A DNA stretch of 20,638 nucleotides from Thermostichus sp. DRC_bins_24 (GTDB lineage Bacteria > Cyanobacteriota > Cyanobacteriia > Thermostichales > Thermostichaceae). The DNA lies in NCBI GenBank assembly GCA_039794845.1, contig JAUQVK010000038.1, positions 1 to 20,638 of the forward strand. Direction: 5' to 3'. Positions 8,589 to 16,835 of this stretch are shown here, one piece after another. The notes below the pieces were generated by a model. It saw nothing but the letters and a program-made list of their open reading frames with translations. It did no database searches and was not told where the DNA came from. A program made the position numbers and the translations under genes. The number at the start of each line of letters is the position of its first letter. Position 1 is the stretch's first letter.

Positions 8589-9656
8589 ATGAGACGATTG
8601 GGCACTGCGGGTCGTTTTTCGAGTTTTCATTCTCTTAGAGCCGTGGAGTTGTCTCTAAGCACACTTGTCAACAAAGCTAAATATCTGTTGATCTTTTTGA
8701 CATTGCTGCTGTGCAATCCTGTTGCTCCAGCTCAAGGTGAGTCCCAACCGGATATTTCGGGCATGAAGCTGGCCCTAATTTTGGGTGGATCTGCCAATGA
8801 TGGCTCTTGGAATGAAGCAGGTGCAGAGGGGGCTGCAGGGCTTGAATCTTCGGGGGTTGAAGTTGTGATTGTCGAGCAAATTCCTGATCCGGATGCAGAG
8901 CGAGTGATTCGCCAATATGCCGAGAAGGGGTTTGACTTAATTATCGGGCATTCTTTTAATCATCAAGACGCAATCTTTACAGTGGCAGATGAGTTTCCAG
9001 ATATCAACTTCGCCTGGGCAGCAGGAATTGGGCGATTCAGTGAAAATGTCTCAGACTACGATCAACCTTTTTTTGAAGCTGCTTACTTGGCAGGGATCCT
9101 TGCCGGAGACCTCACAAACACCGGAAAGTTGGGGGCGCTCTATGGTTTTGAGATCCCAGTCTGCAAAGCCATGGGCAATGCCTTCTTGGCAGGAGCTCAG
9201 TTGGTCAACCCAGAGGCTACCCTCACGGATGTCGCTGTTGGAGATTGGTACGATGTGGGTCGCGCAAAAGAAGCTGCACTGGCCCAAGCGGAGACTGGCG
9301 TTGATTTTTGGATTGGATGTGGACAGGGACCAACCTGGGGATCAATTGAAGCTGCCAAAGAAGTGGATGGCTTTGGAATTGGCTATGTGCGAGATATGAC
9401 GGCCATTGGACCAGAGGTAGTTGTAGCAAGTATCGTTTGGAATACAGAGCCTCTTTTCAGACAGATGTTGATGGATATCAAGGCAGGTGACTACTCCAAT
9501 AAATACTACGCCTTGGGGGTTTCTGAAGATGTCATACAACTGTCCATCAACCCTGACTTCCAGGATCAGATTGCTCCGGAAACCATGACCCTTTATGAAG
9601 AGACGAAGGCAAAAATCATTTCAGGGGAGATGGAAGTGCCCTTTCAGCCAGATTAA
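8589..9656 (+). CDS. BMP-family (PnrA/Med-like) ABC substrate-binding protein, probably for nucleosides or nucleobases
   Basis: ANDGSWNEAG, YAEKGFDLIIGHSF, EAAYLAGILAG, AFLAGA and KAKIISGE. Hydrophobic signal YLLIFLTLLLC; the true start may lie some codons downstream of 8589. Confidence 0.88.
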   Translation: MRRLGTAGRFSSFHSLRAVELSLSTLVNKAKYLLIFLTLLLCNPVAPAQGESQPDISGMKLALILGGSANDGSWNEAGAEGAAGLESSGVEVVIVEQIPDPDAERVIRQYAEKGFDLIIGHSFNHQDAIFTVADEFPDINFAWAAGIGRFSENVSDYDQPFFEAAYLAGILAGDLTNTGKLGALYGFEIPVCKAMGNAFLAGAQLVNPEATLTDVAVGDWYDVGRAKEAALAQAETGVDFWIGCGQGPTWGSIEAAKEVDGFGIGYVRDMTAIGPEVVVASIVWNTEPLFRQMLMDIKAGDYSNKYYALGVSEDVIQLSINPDFQDQIAPETMTLYEETKAKIISGEMEVPFQPD

Positions 9657-9916
9657 CCCAACAGCTTTTTCTCTCAAAACATAGCCCTTCCCATCTTCGG
9701 ATCTAGCCCCTATTCTTCTCCCTCCATGGGATCAAGTGCATGGGCCAGTCGGTACACCAACGCTTCGGCATGGGCAGATCCAGCCCTTTACGCCAAAGGT
9801 CATCACTACAGCCCTTGCGCGGGTTTTCTACAGCATAGATCAACAAACAACAAAAAACCTGCCCCAACCGATGTTGGACTGAGGCAGATGCCAACTTCAC
9901 GACCCCACTTTAAAGA

Positions 9917-11005
9917 TCAAGCAACCATTCGTTCAGCCTTGGGGGGCAAAAAGCTACCATCAAACACCTGCTCCAAAGCAGGTTTGCTGGACAAGCCAAA
10001 GCCATCCACCACCTGAGCAATTGAGGATTCCATGCGGGAAGGAACCACATCCCCCAATCCGTTTTCCCGCACCTCATCGGTAACAAACAGGCGGGGCATA
10101 GCCAGGGAAAGCCGCAACTTTTCGGTGGTGGCATCCAACACCTGACCTTGCTCCTTGAGCTTATCGATCAAGGCAAACATGTTGCGATCCGTGTCTTGAA
10201 TGCTATCCTGCCAACCCCTAGCGAAGGCCCTCAGGAAACCTTTGAGCATTTCCGGCCTTTCCCTGATCACTTCCGCCCGTGTGATCACCGCATTACCGTA
10301 CATATCTAGGCCATAGTCGTTGTAGAAGAAGGGAGTGATATCGCTCAGGCTAACCCCGCCCCGCACGATGTTGGGCATGGCCGAAGTCATAAACCCGCTG
10401 ATGGCATCCACCCGACCTTGAATGAGGAAAGGTTCCCGAAGTTGTGGCTCCATGGAAAGCCATTCCACCGAGCCCGGATCAATGCCAACTTGTTTGGCGA
10501 ATACCGGCCAGAGGCGACGGGGGGCATCTCCTGCCGGGGCACCCAATCTCCTGCCCGCCAACTGCTTGGGATCCGTGATGCCACTTCTTTTGAGGGTGTA
10601 GATGCCGAAGGGAGAGCGGTTGTACTGGATATAGATAGCCACCAAAGGCACATCGGGGTTCTTGGCATTGAACTCGATCATGGAGTAGGGATCCCCTTCT
10701 CCCAAATCGTATTGACCGGCAGCAATTTTGGTGATGGAATCGGCGGAGCCAAAGCCCCGTTCGTAGGTCACCTCAATACCGTTGTCGGCGAAGTAGCCCT
10801 TCAATATCCCGGTGATCAAGCCGATATCGGTGGAGGAGGGCAACCAAGACAGGGTGAATTTGACCGGGGTCAAAGCCTGGGAAATGAGCAGAGGACCGCG
10901 GCTCTGGGCCTTGGCCTTGAGGCCATACCCCCCGGCAGCGGCCAAAGAGGCAGCCGCAGCAGCAGATTGAATGAATTGGCGACGCGAGGATTTTGTGATG
11001 GACAT
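9917..11005 (-). CDS. NMT1/THI5-like ABC substrate-binding protein with Tat signal
   Basis: MSITKSSRRQFIQ twin-arginine motif; FTLSW, KGYFADNGIEV, GFGSADSI, LAGRRLGAPAGDA and GLDMYGNAVI. GGAG RBS precedes ATG 11005. Confidence 0.9.
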   Translation of the reverse strand: MSITKSSRRQFIQSAAAAASLAAAGGYGLKAKAQSRGPLLISQALTPVKFTLSWLPSSTDIGLITGILKGYFADNGIEVTYERGFGSADSITKIAAGQYDLGEGDPYSMIEFNAKNPDVPLVAIYIQYNRSPFGIYTLKRSGITDPKQLAGRRLGAPAGDAPRRLWPVFAKQVGIDPGSVEWLSMEPQLREPFLIQGRVDAISGFMTSAMPNIVRGGVSLSDITPFFYNDYGLDMYGNAVITRAEVIRERPEMLKGFLRAFARGWQDSIQDTDRNMFALIDKLKEQGQVLDATTEKLRLSLAMPRLFVTDEVRENGLGDVVPSRMESSIAQVVDGFGLSSKPALEQVFDGSFLPPKAERMVA

Positions 11006-11088
11006 ATCTAAAAGCTCCACAGTACCTAGCTCAGGAGGGATCCGCAGTGGGAATGCAGCAGACAATAAGGCGACGGCCACAAGCAGTA

Positions 11089-11129
11089 AACTTAGCAGGG
11101 TGGAGCCAGACTTTTGTATTCGAGGATAC
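11089..11129 (-). promoter_or_regulatory. NtcA consensus site and -10 box upstream of the NMT1/THI5-like gene
   Basis: Minus strand GTA-TCCTCGAA-TAC (11129-11116, perfect GTAN8TAC), 21 nt, then TAAGTT (11094-11089). Confidence 0.7.
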
Positions 11130-11248
11130 CTTTACCGGGGAAAGACCCCTTCTGGGGCTGAGGGAAGACATAGGCGAAGCCAGATGAAATCGGCTCCCGT
11201 TCGGGAGTCCTTGCCGGTGAGGCTACAGATGAGAGGTGGATGACAATC

Positions 11249-11674
11249 TCAGGCTTCGCCAGGGTCGGCAGATTCAGGGGGGGTAGCAGATTGTCGCCGT
11301 TGCTTGAGAAGGTTACCCAGATTGCGCCGAAATTCTCCAATGCCTAAGAGGGATCCCGGCTCAGGATCCCAGGAGGCGGAGAGCACTCCGTAGCTAATGC
11401 CCAAAAAGCCAAGGCCGAAAAAGGCCAACGACTCGATCAAGGTGAAGTAGCTGGGCAACGCCACCACATGGTTGACCAGGAGGTAATAGTTCACAAAAAA
11501 GCTACTCAACCCAAACCCGGAAGGGATCCCGCAGAAGATCAGCACCCGACGCACCATCCGACGGCTAACCTCGGGTGGAATCGGGACAAGCGGCTCCTTC
11601 TCAACCGCAGCAGGAGCAGGGCGGGCGGCAGAGCGGCGGCGAGAGGCTTTGGTATGGCGGCTGGATTTGCCCAC
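11249..11674 (-). CDS. pam68: PAM68-family photosystem II assembly membrane protein
   Basis: IPPEVSRRMVRRV...G.P, two TM helices and GISYGVLSASWDP..GSLLG; immediately downstream of rpsO, as usual in cyanobacteria. Confidence 0.9.
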   Translation of the reverse strand: MGKSSRHTKASRRRSAARPAPAAVEKEPLVPIPPEVSRRMVRRVLIFCGIPSGFGLSSFFVNYYLLVNHVVALPSYFTLIESLAFFGLGFLGISYGVLSASWDPEPGSLLGIGEFRRNLGNLLKQRRQSATPPESADPGEA

Positions 11675-11698
11675 GAAGATAGCTCTTTGGTAGCGCTT

Positions 11699-11974
11699 TT
11701 ATTTTTTCACCCGGATGTTGAGCCGTTCGGTCAAGGACCGGAAGCGATCGGGAGAATGCTTGGCGATGTAGCTGAGCAACCGTTTGCGGCGGCCGATCAT
11801 CATCAACAAACCACGACGGGAGTTAAAATCTTTCGGGTTTTTCTGGAGGTGCTGAGAGATTTGGTTGATGCGGTTGGTCAGCAAAGCCACCTGCACATCG
11901 GCAGAACCGGTGTCGGTTTCGTGAAGCTTGTAATCCTCGATAATCTCCTGCTTCTCTTGCTGCAATAAGGCCAT
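11699..11974 (-). CDS. rpsO: 30S ribosomal protein S15
   Basis: HETDTGSADVQVALLT...KDFNSRRGLLMMIGRRKRLLSYI; 91 aa from ATG 11974. Confidence 0.98.
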   Translation of the reverse strand: MALLQQEKQEIIEDYKLHETDTGSADVQVALLTNRINQISQHLQKNPKDFNSRRGLLMMIGRRKRLLSYIAKHSPDRFRSLTERLNIRVKK

Positions 11975-12068
11975 AAGATCAAAAGGGTTGGATGCACTGC
12001 TTTCAGATGATAACACCGGCCTTTCGGCCTTTGCTATCGCCGTAGCAGATCGTTGGGAGGAAGTCGCA

Positions 12069-12752
12069 ATGGAAGCAAACGCTGGGAAGCTCCCGACGTT
12101 ACCGACTCTACTGGAGCTGCTGAACTCCCAAGATTTGGGGGATCGGTTGCGGGCAGTCAACTGGGCGCGGCAGTTGTCCGGGCAAGAGACCTTGACACTG
12201 CTGCACCGAGCGGTCACCGACGAGAATGCCCGTGTCCGCTATGCCGCCATCAGCCAGATGGGAACCCTATCTGGGGTCGATCCAGCCTCGATTTTGCCGA
12301 TCCTGCGCCGGGCGCTTGCGGAGGATCCGGAGTTCGATGTGCGGGCGGCAGCCGCCGCTGCCCTGGGGGATCTGAAACAACCCCAGGCTCTGGCCGACCT
12401 GCTGGAAGCCTATCACCGGGAAAAAGAATGGCTGGTGCAATTCAGCATCATTGCGGCTTTGGGCGAGCTGGGGAATCCGGATGCTTTCGACACTTTGGTG
12501 CAGGCCCTCCAGGAGGGAAGTGAGCTAATCTCCACGGCTGCCGCTGCCGCGCTGGGGGATCTGGGGGATCCGCGCGCCATTCCTTTTTTGGATCCCTTGA
12601 TCGATTCCGACGATTGGCAGTTGCGCTACCGCATTTGTATTTCTCTGGCCCGGTTGGGCACAGAAGCCGCCCGCCCCGGTCTGACTCGCCTGGCCCAGGA
12701 TCCTCAAGAACAAGTGGCCGTTCACGCCCGCAACGCCCTCGGATCCCTGTAG
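12069..12752 (+). CDS. nblB: HEAT-repeat phycobilin lyase-like protein, NblB type
   Basis: LLNSQDLGDRLRAVN, ARVRYAAISQ, DVRAAAAAALGDL, EWLVQFSIIAALGELG and DWQLRYR; GGAGG RBS precedes ATG 12069. Confidence 0.85.
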   Translation: MEANAGKLPTLPTLLELLNSQDLGDRLRAVNWARQLSGQETLTLLHRAVTDENARVRYAAISQMGTLSGVDPASILPILRRALAEDPEFDVRAAAAAALGDLKQPQALADLLEAYHREKEWLVQFSIIAALGELGNPDAFDTLVQALQEGSELISTAAAAALGDLGDPRAIPFLDPLIDSDDWQLRYRICISLARLGTEAARPGLTRLAQDPQEQVAVHARNALGSL

Positions 12753-12782
12753 CTCAGCTGAAGGAAGCATTATTCCAACCCC

Positions 12783-12818
12783 AAAAACCCGCCCCTCATC
12801 CCAAGAGAAAGGCAGGTC
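12783..12818 (-). terminator. Probable intrinsic terminator downstream of apcD
   Basis: Minus strand GACCTGCCTTTC...GAGGGGCGGGTT stem (with G-U pairs) running into a T tract, located between convergent genes. Confidence 0.55.
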
Positions 12819-12866
12819 TAAGGGTATTTCCGAGCAAACCCCACCACAATCTCAGGGCCTTATCCA

Positions 12867-13352
12867 CTAGCCCATGGCGTTGATGATGTAATCAAAGTAG
12901 GGAGCCGCTTCCGCAGCCGCAGTCGGTTCCAACAAGCTGAGGGCCGCTTCTTTTAAGAACACGATCGCATCGATCATGCCGGGGATGGGCACATTCAGGG
13001 CGTTGTACATTTCCCGCACCCCCACCAGCCCAATGGACTCAATCGGCTCTTTGCTGCCGGCGATAATGCCGTAGGTTACCAGACGCAAATACCAATCGTA
13101 ATCCCGCAGACACTGGTTGTAGCGCTTGTCACCGTAGGCGTTGCCGCCAGGCTGTCTATACTCGGGTCGCTTGGTGAACAACTGCTTCTGGGCTTGATCG
13201 ATGATGCGCTTCTTGTTCTCCGTCAGCACTTGGGCGATTTGCAAGCGCTTTTCGCCAGAGGTCATGTAGTCTTTAACGGCCTGAAGTTCGCTGACCGAGA
13301 GGTAACGCAGCTGGTCATCCGCGTTCTCGATGATCTGGTTGATCACGCTCAC
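12867..13352 (-). CDS. apcD: Allophycocyanin-B alpha subunit
   Basis: 161 aa; ADDQLRY, PGGNAYG, NQCLRDYDWYLRLVTYG (chromophore Cys, Trp typical of ApcD) and PYFDYII. GTG start with AGGAG upstream. Confidence 0.93.
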   Translation of the reverse strand: MSVINQIIENADDQLRYLSVSELQAVKDYMTSGEKRLQIAQVLTENKKRIIDQAQKQLFTKRPEYRQPGGNAYGDKRYNQCLRDYDWYLRLVTYGIIAGSKEPIESIGLVGVREMYNALNVPIPGMIDAIVFLKEAALSLLEPTAAAEAAPYFDYIINAMG

Positions 13353-13460
13353 CGTAGGGGTTCTCCTGTTTTCTAGCTTTATCTTAAAATGAGGTGAGCC
13401 GAAGGTTGGCCCACAGAAATGAAAGTGCAGCCCGGCAAGCCAGCGCTGCCAATTGCTCTC

Positions 13461-13489
13461 AGTTTAGGATAGGGCGGGTATTCCCTCAA
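13461..13489 (-). promoter_or_regulatory. Possible sigma70-type promoter for apcD
   Basis: Minus strand TTGAGG-N17-TAAACT. Confidence 0.3.
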
Positions 13490-13522
13490 GCGATTTTTAC
13501 GTGCCCTCACGCTCAAGCCGGA

Positions 13523-14971
13523 TCAAATGCGGCCCCGCAGCCATTGCGCCATCTCGTTGCGGCGAGGCGCAGCATCCAGACAGACCTCTTCTGTGATGCG
13601 CCCCTCTTGGTAAAGGTTAAACAACGACTGGTTCATCGTGCACATGCCTTCGTAGGATCCCTCCGCAATTAGATCCTCAATTTCATCCACGGCACCTCGT
13701 TTGATATAGTCACGAATGGCATCGGTGTTGCGCAGGATCTCGTGGGCAGCTGTCCGCTTGCCGTCGGTGGTCCGTACCAGGGTCTGGGCGACGATTGCCA
13801 CCAGCGTTTCTGACAATTGCAGGCGCATTGGCTCCTGTTCTTCGGGACTGTAAATCCCCAGCAAACGTTCGATCGTACGGACAGCGCTGTTGGTGTGCAG
13901 AGTGCCGAAGACCAAGTGGCCGGTCTGACCGGCTTTCAGGGCTGTATCCACGGTTTCTCGATCCCGCATTTCCCCAATTAGGATCACATCCGGATCCTCC
14001 CGCAAAGAGGCCTTGAGGGCATTGGCAAACTCCAGGGTGTGGATCCCGACCTCCCGCTGCCGGATCATGGATTTCTTACTTTGATGCACAAACTCCACCG
14101 GATCCTCGATGGAGATGATGTGCTTCGGGAAGTTGGAGTTGATGTAGTCCACCATGGCGGCTAAGGTTGTGGATTTCCCGGATCCCGTCGGGCCGGTCAC
14201 CAGCACCAAGCCTTTCTGCTCCTCAGAAATGCGCTTCAACACCTCCGGCGCCCGCAGCTGCTCCAGCGTCAAAATTTTCAGAGGGATCAGACGCATTACC
14301 AAAGCGGGGCCAAGCAGTGACACAAAGCAGTTCACCCGGCAACGCACCATATTCTCGTACTGAATGGCCGTATCCAGTTCCAGGCATTCTTCAAACTGGC
14401 GGATTTGGTTCTCCGGCAAGCTTTCCCGCAACCAGCTGTAAAACATCTCGGTGGTGGTGACGGGGTAGTTGGTCATGAGCATTTGCCCCCGATCCCGAAA
14501 ACGCGGCACTTCCCCCACCCCCAGGTGAATATCGGAGTAGCCGTTGTCGTAGGCTTCCTGCACCAGTTGCCGCAGCGTCAGCCCAGAGGAGGGAGCAGTT
14601 CCTCGAGGAGTGGCCGGGGTCATCGGGATCCGACCCGAAGCGGTTGGGCGTGCCGGGGGCGCAAACGGCAGGTTGGGCAGGGGGGCAGAGGCCGCGCTGG
14701 GCATAGCAGCAGGGCCGGGCATCGGCACGGGAATTTGGGGCGGAGCGGCAGCCACACCGGGCGGAATAGGCCGACCCATGATCGCCCCACGACCGACCTC
14801 TTGAGGAGCAGAGACTCCAGCATTGAGCGCCGGATCCAGTTGCGTGGGTGGTTCCACCTTAGGAATGTGGCCAGATAGGCGGGGAGGACGCTGCAAGATA
14901 GGCGGGGCCGGCGGTTTCCAATCGGAGTCTAAGTCAGTGGGAAATTGGTTCTCGGGGCTGACTTCGCTCAT
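13523..14971 (-). CDS. pilT: Type IV pilus retraction ATPase, PilT2-like, with Pro-rich N-terminal extension
   Basis: SDIHL, Walker A GPTGSGKST, IEDPVEF, LREDPDVILIGEMRD and His box TGHLVFGTLHT. Confidence 0.95.
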   Translation of the reverse strand: MSEVSPENQFPTDLDSDWKPPAPPILQRPPRLSGHIPKVEPPTQLDPALNAGVSAPQEVGRGAIMGRPIPPGVAAAPPQIPVPMPGPAAMPSAASAPLPNLPFAPPARPTASGRIPMTPATPRGTAPSSGLTLRQLVQEAYDNGYSDIHLGVGEVPRFRDRGQMLMTNYPVTTTEMFYSWLRESLPENQIRQFEECLELDTAIQYENMVRCRVNCFVSLLGPALVMRLIPLKILTLEQLRAPEVLKRISEEQKGLVLVTGPTGSGKSTTLAAMVDYINSNFPKHIISIEDPVEFVHQSKKSMIRQREVGIHTLEFANALKASLREDPDVILIGEMRDRETVDTALKAGQTGHLVFGTLHTNSAVRTIERLLGIYSPEEQEPMRLQLSETLVAIVAQTLVRTTDGKRTAAHEILRNTDAIRDYIKRGAVDEIEDLIAEGSYEGMCTMNQSLFNLYQEGRITEEVCLDAAPRRNEMAQWLRGRI

Positions 14972-15082
14972 AACAGGCCTCTCCGGCGGAATTTGCGTCG
15001 ATCTTACGCTAGTATTCCCAGTCCGGCGAGAAGGTTAACCTTCTCAAAGGCAAAGCGCTTCAACCCAAACCCTGCCAACCCC

Positions 15083-15772
15083 TTAAAAACTGGCCGGATG
15101 GCGAATTAGGCTCAAAAACTCTTCGCGTGTGCGGGGATCCTCTTGAAACACGCCCACCATGGAGCTGGTAACCGTCCAGGAGCCCGGTTTTTGCACCCCC
15201 CGCATCACCATGCACATGTGGCTTGCTTCCATCACCACTCCCACACCGTAGGGATCCAAGACCTCCATTAGGGCTTCTGCCACTTGCCGAGTCAGGCGTT
15301 CTTGCACCTGTAAACGGCGAGAATACATCTCGACAATGCGGGCGATCTTGCTCAGGCCCACCACCTTTTGTTTGGGAATATAGGCCACATGAGCTTTGCC
15401 GATAAAGGGCAGCATGTGGTGCTCACACAGGCTAAACATGGAGATATCCCGCAACAACACCATCTCGTCGTGGCCGACATCGAAAATTGCCCCGTTGATC
15501 AAATCTTCCAAAGATTGCCGATACCCACTCGTCAAGAACTTCAGAGCCAGAGCCACCCGTTGCGGAGTTTTTGCGAGGCCCTCCCGCTCGGGATCCTCCC
15601 CAATGCCTCGCAGTAGCGTTTCTACCGCCGCTACCATGGTCGGATCCGGGACATCTGCCCCACCGGCTTCATCTTCCACAAGATCAGACAAATCCTGTAC
15701 CACCCGCGACTTGAAGTGGTTTTTGTCGTTCAGGCGAGACTGGGCGCCAGATCCAGATTGCGCAAGGGTCAT
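15083..15772 (-). CDS. folE: GTP cyclohydrolase I
   Basis: [44 protein letters not shown] and HMCMVMRGV. Confidence 0.97.
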   Translation of the reverse strand: MTLAQSGSGAQSRLNDKNHFKSRVVQDLSDLVEDEAGGADVPDPTMVAAVETLLRGIGEDPEREGLAKTPQRVALALKFLTSGYRQSLEDLINGAIFDVGHDEMVLLRDISMFSLCEHHMLPFIGKAHVAYIPKQKVVGLSKIARIVEMYSRRLQVQERLTRQVAEALMEVLDPYGVGVVMEASHMCMVMRGVQKPGSWTVTSSMVGVFQEDPRTREEFLSLIRHPASF

Positions 15773-15876
15773 AGCAGAGTGTTCCTTAGATCAGATAAGC
15801 GAGATAAGCGAAGCGTGGCGTGCAAGGGAGGGCCAAAAACGTGAAACTGCAAAAAACTGCAAAAGTTTGGCCAAGC

Positions 15877-16608
15877 CTAAAAAGTGCCAACCGTCGGCAT
15901 CAGGGTGAGATCTTCCACCACTGCACCTGCGGGCAAGCGAAGGATGTAGGCAACCAGATCCGCAACCCATTCGGGCGCAAGCATTTTGGACCGGTCGAAA
16001 TCCACGGCCACTGTGTCTGTATCCCAGATGGGGGTATCGACGGCGCCGGGGCAAAGGCTGGTAACCCGAATGCCATGCTGCCGTTCCTCTTCGGCCAAAG
16101 CTTGAGAAAACCCCATCAAACCAAACTTGCTGGCACAGTAAGCACCCCAGTTGGGAAAGGCTCGCTTGCCCGCAATAGAGATGACGTTGACGATGACGCC
16201 GGCCCGTTGCCGACGCATACCCGGCAACACTGCTTGGGTACAAAGAAAGGCCGCAGTTAGGTTGAGATCAAGCACCCGTTGCCAATCCGACAAAGGGAGG
16301 GTTGCTAGGGGGCCAACATAGGCCATACCCGCATTATTGACCAAGACATCGCAGGAGCCAAACCGGTCTAGGAGCGCTTGCAACTGCTGGGGCAAAGCCG
16401 ACAGGTCTGCCAAATCAATGGGAAAAACCTCCGCTTTGCCGCCCTCAGCTTGAATCTGCGCCTGCACCGCTAGCAAATCGTCGCGGGAACGAGCTACCAG
16501 AGCCACTGAAAGCCCCTCTCGGGCTAAGGTCAAGGCCACAGCCTTGCCGATCCCACGGCTGGCACCTGTGATCAGGGCGCGCTGGGGCACCTTTGTGTCA
16601 AAACTCAT
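15877..16608 (-). CDS. Classical SDR oxidoreductase (NADP-type), upstream of folE
   Basis: TGASRGIG, NNAG, S...YCASK and PGAVDT; ATG at 16608. Confidence 0.93.
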   Translation of the reverse strand: MSFDTKVPQRALITGASRGIGKAVALTLAREGLSVALVARSRDDLLAVQAQIQAEGGKAEVFPIDLADLSALPQQLQALLDRFGSCDVLVNNAGMAYVGPLATLPLSDWQRVLDLNLTAAFLCTQAVLPGMRRQRAGVIVNVISIAGKRAFPNWGAYCASKFGLMGFSQALAEEERQHGIRVTSLCPGAVDTPIWDTDTVAVDFDRSKMLAPEWVADLVAYILRLPAGAVVEDLTLMPTVGTF

Positions 16609-16835
16609 CCAGAACAAGGCTCTGGGATGCGCTGAGCCAGGGTTAGCGCCACCAAAACCTGAGAAACTCCATTAACAAGTGTAACACCGATCTTCCGGTC
16701 AGCCGAATTTGGGCCAAGGATAGGGCTTAACTTCCCCATTTCTGGGATCGATCAGGGGTGAGCTGCGGGTATGGTAGAGTGCAATATAGTGAAAATCTTT
16801 TGCAACAATTCCCCTGTCGTTTCCCCGCTTGCTCT

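Noticed and set aside
11006..11248. TPP riboswitch upstream of the NMT1/THI5-like gene
   Set aside because: No CUGAGA or CCUGAU...UAAU core found. An NtcA site is present instead, which argues against a thiamine-salvage role.
11975..12217. N-terminal extensions of rpsO (from 12217) and nblB (from 11988) in the ORF track
   Set aside because: They would overlap head to head. Family similarity supports ATG 11974, and an RBS supports ATG 12069.
14580..14971. Pro/Ala-rich N-terminal extension of PilT as a novel domain
   Set aside because: Pro-rich N-terminal extensions are a known feature of cyanobacterial PilT2.
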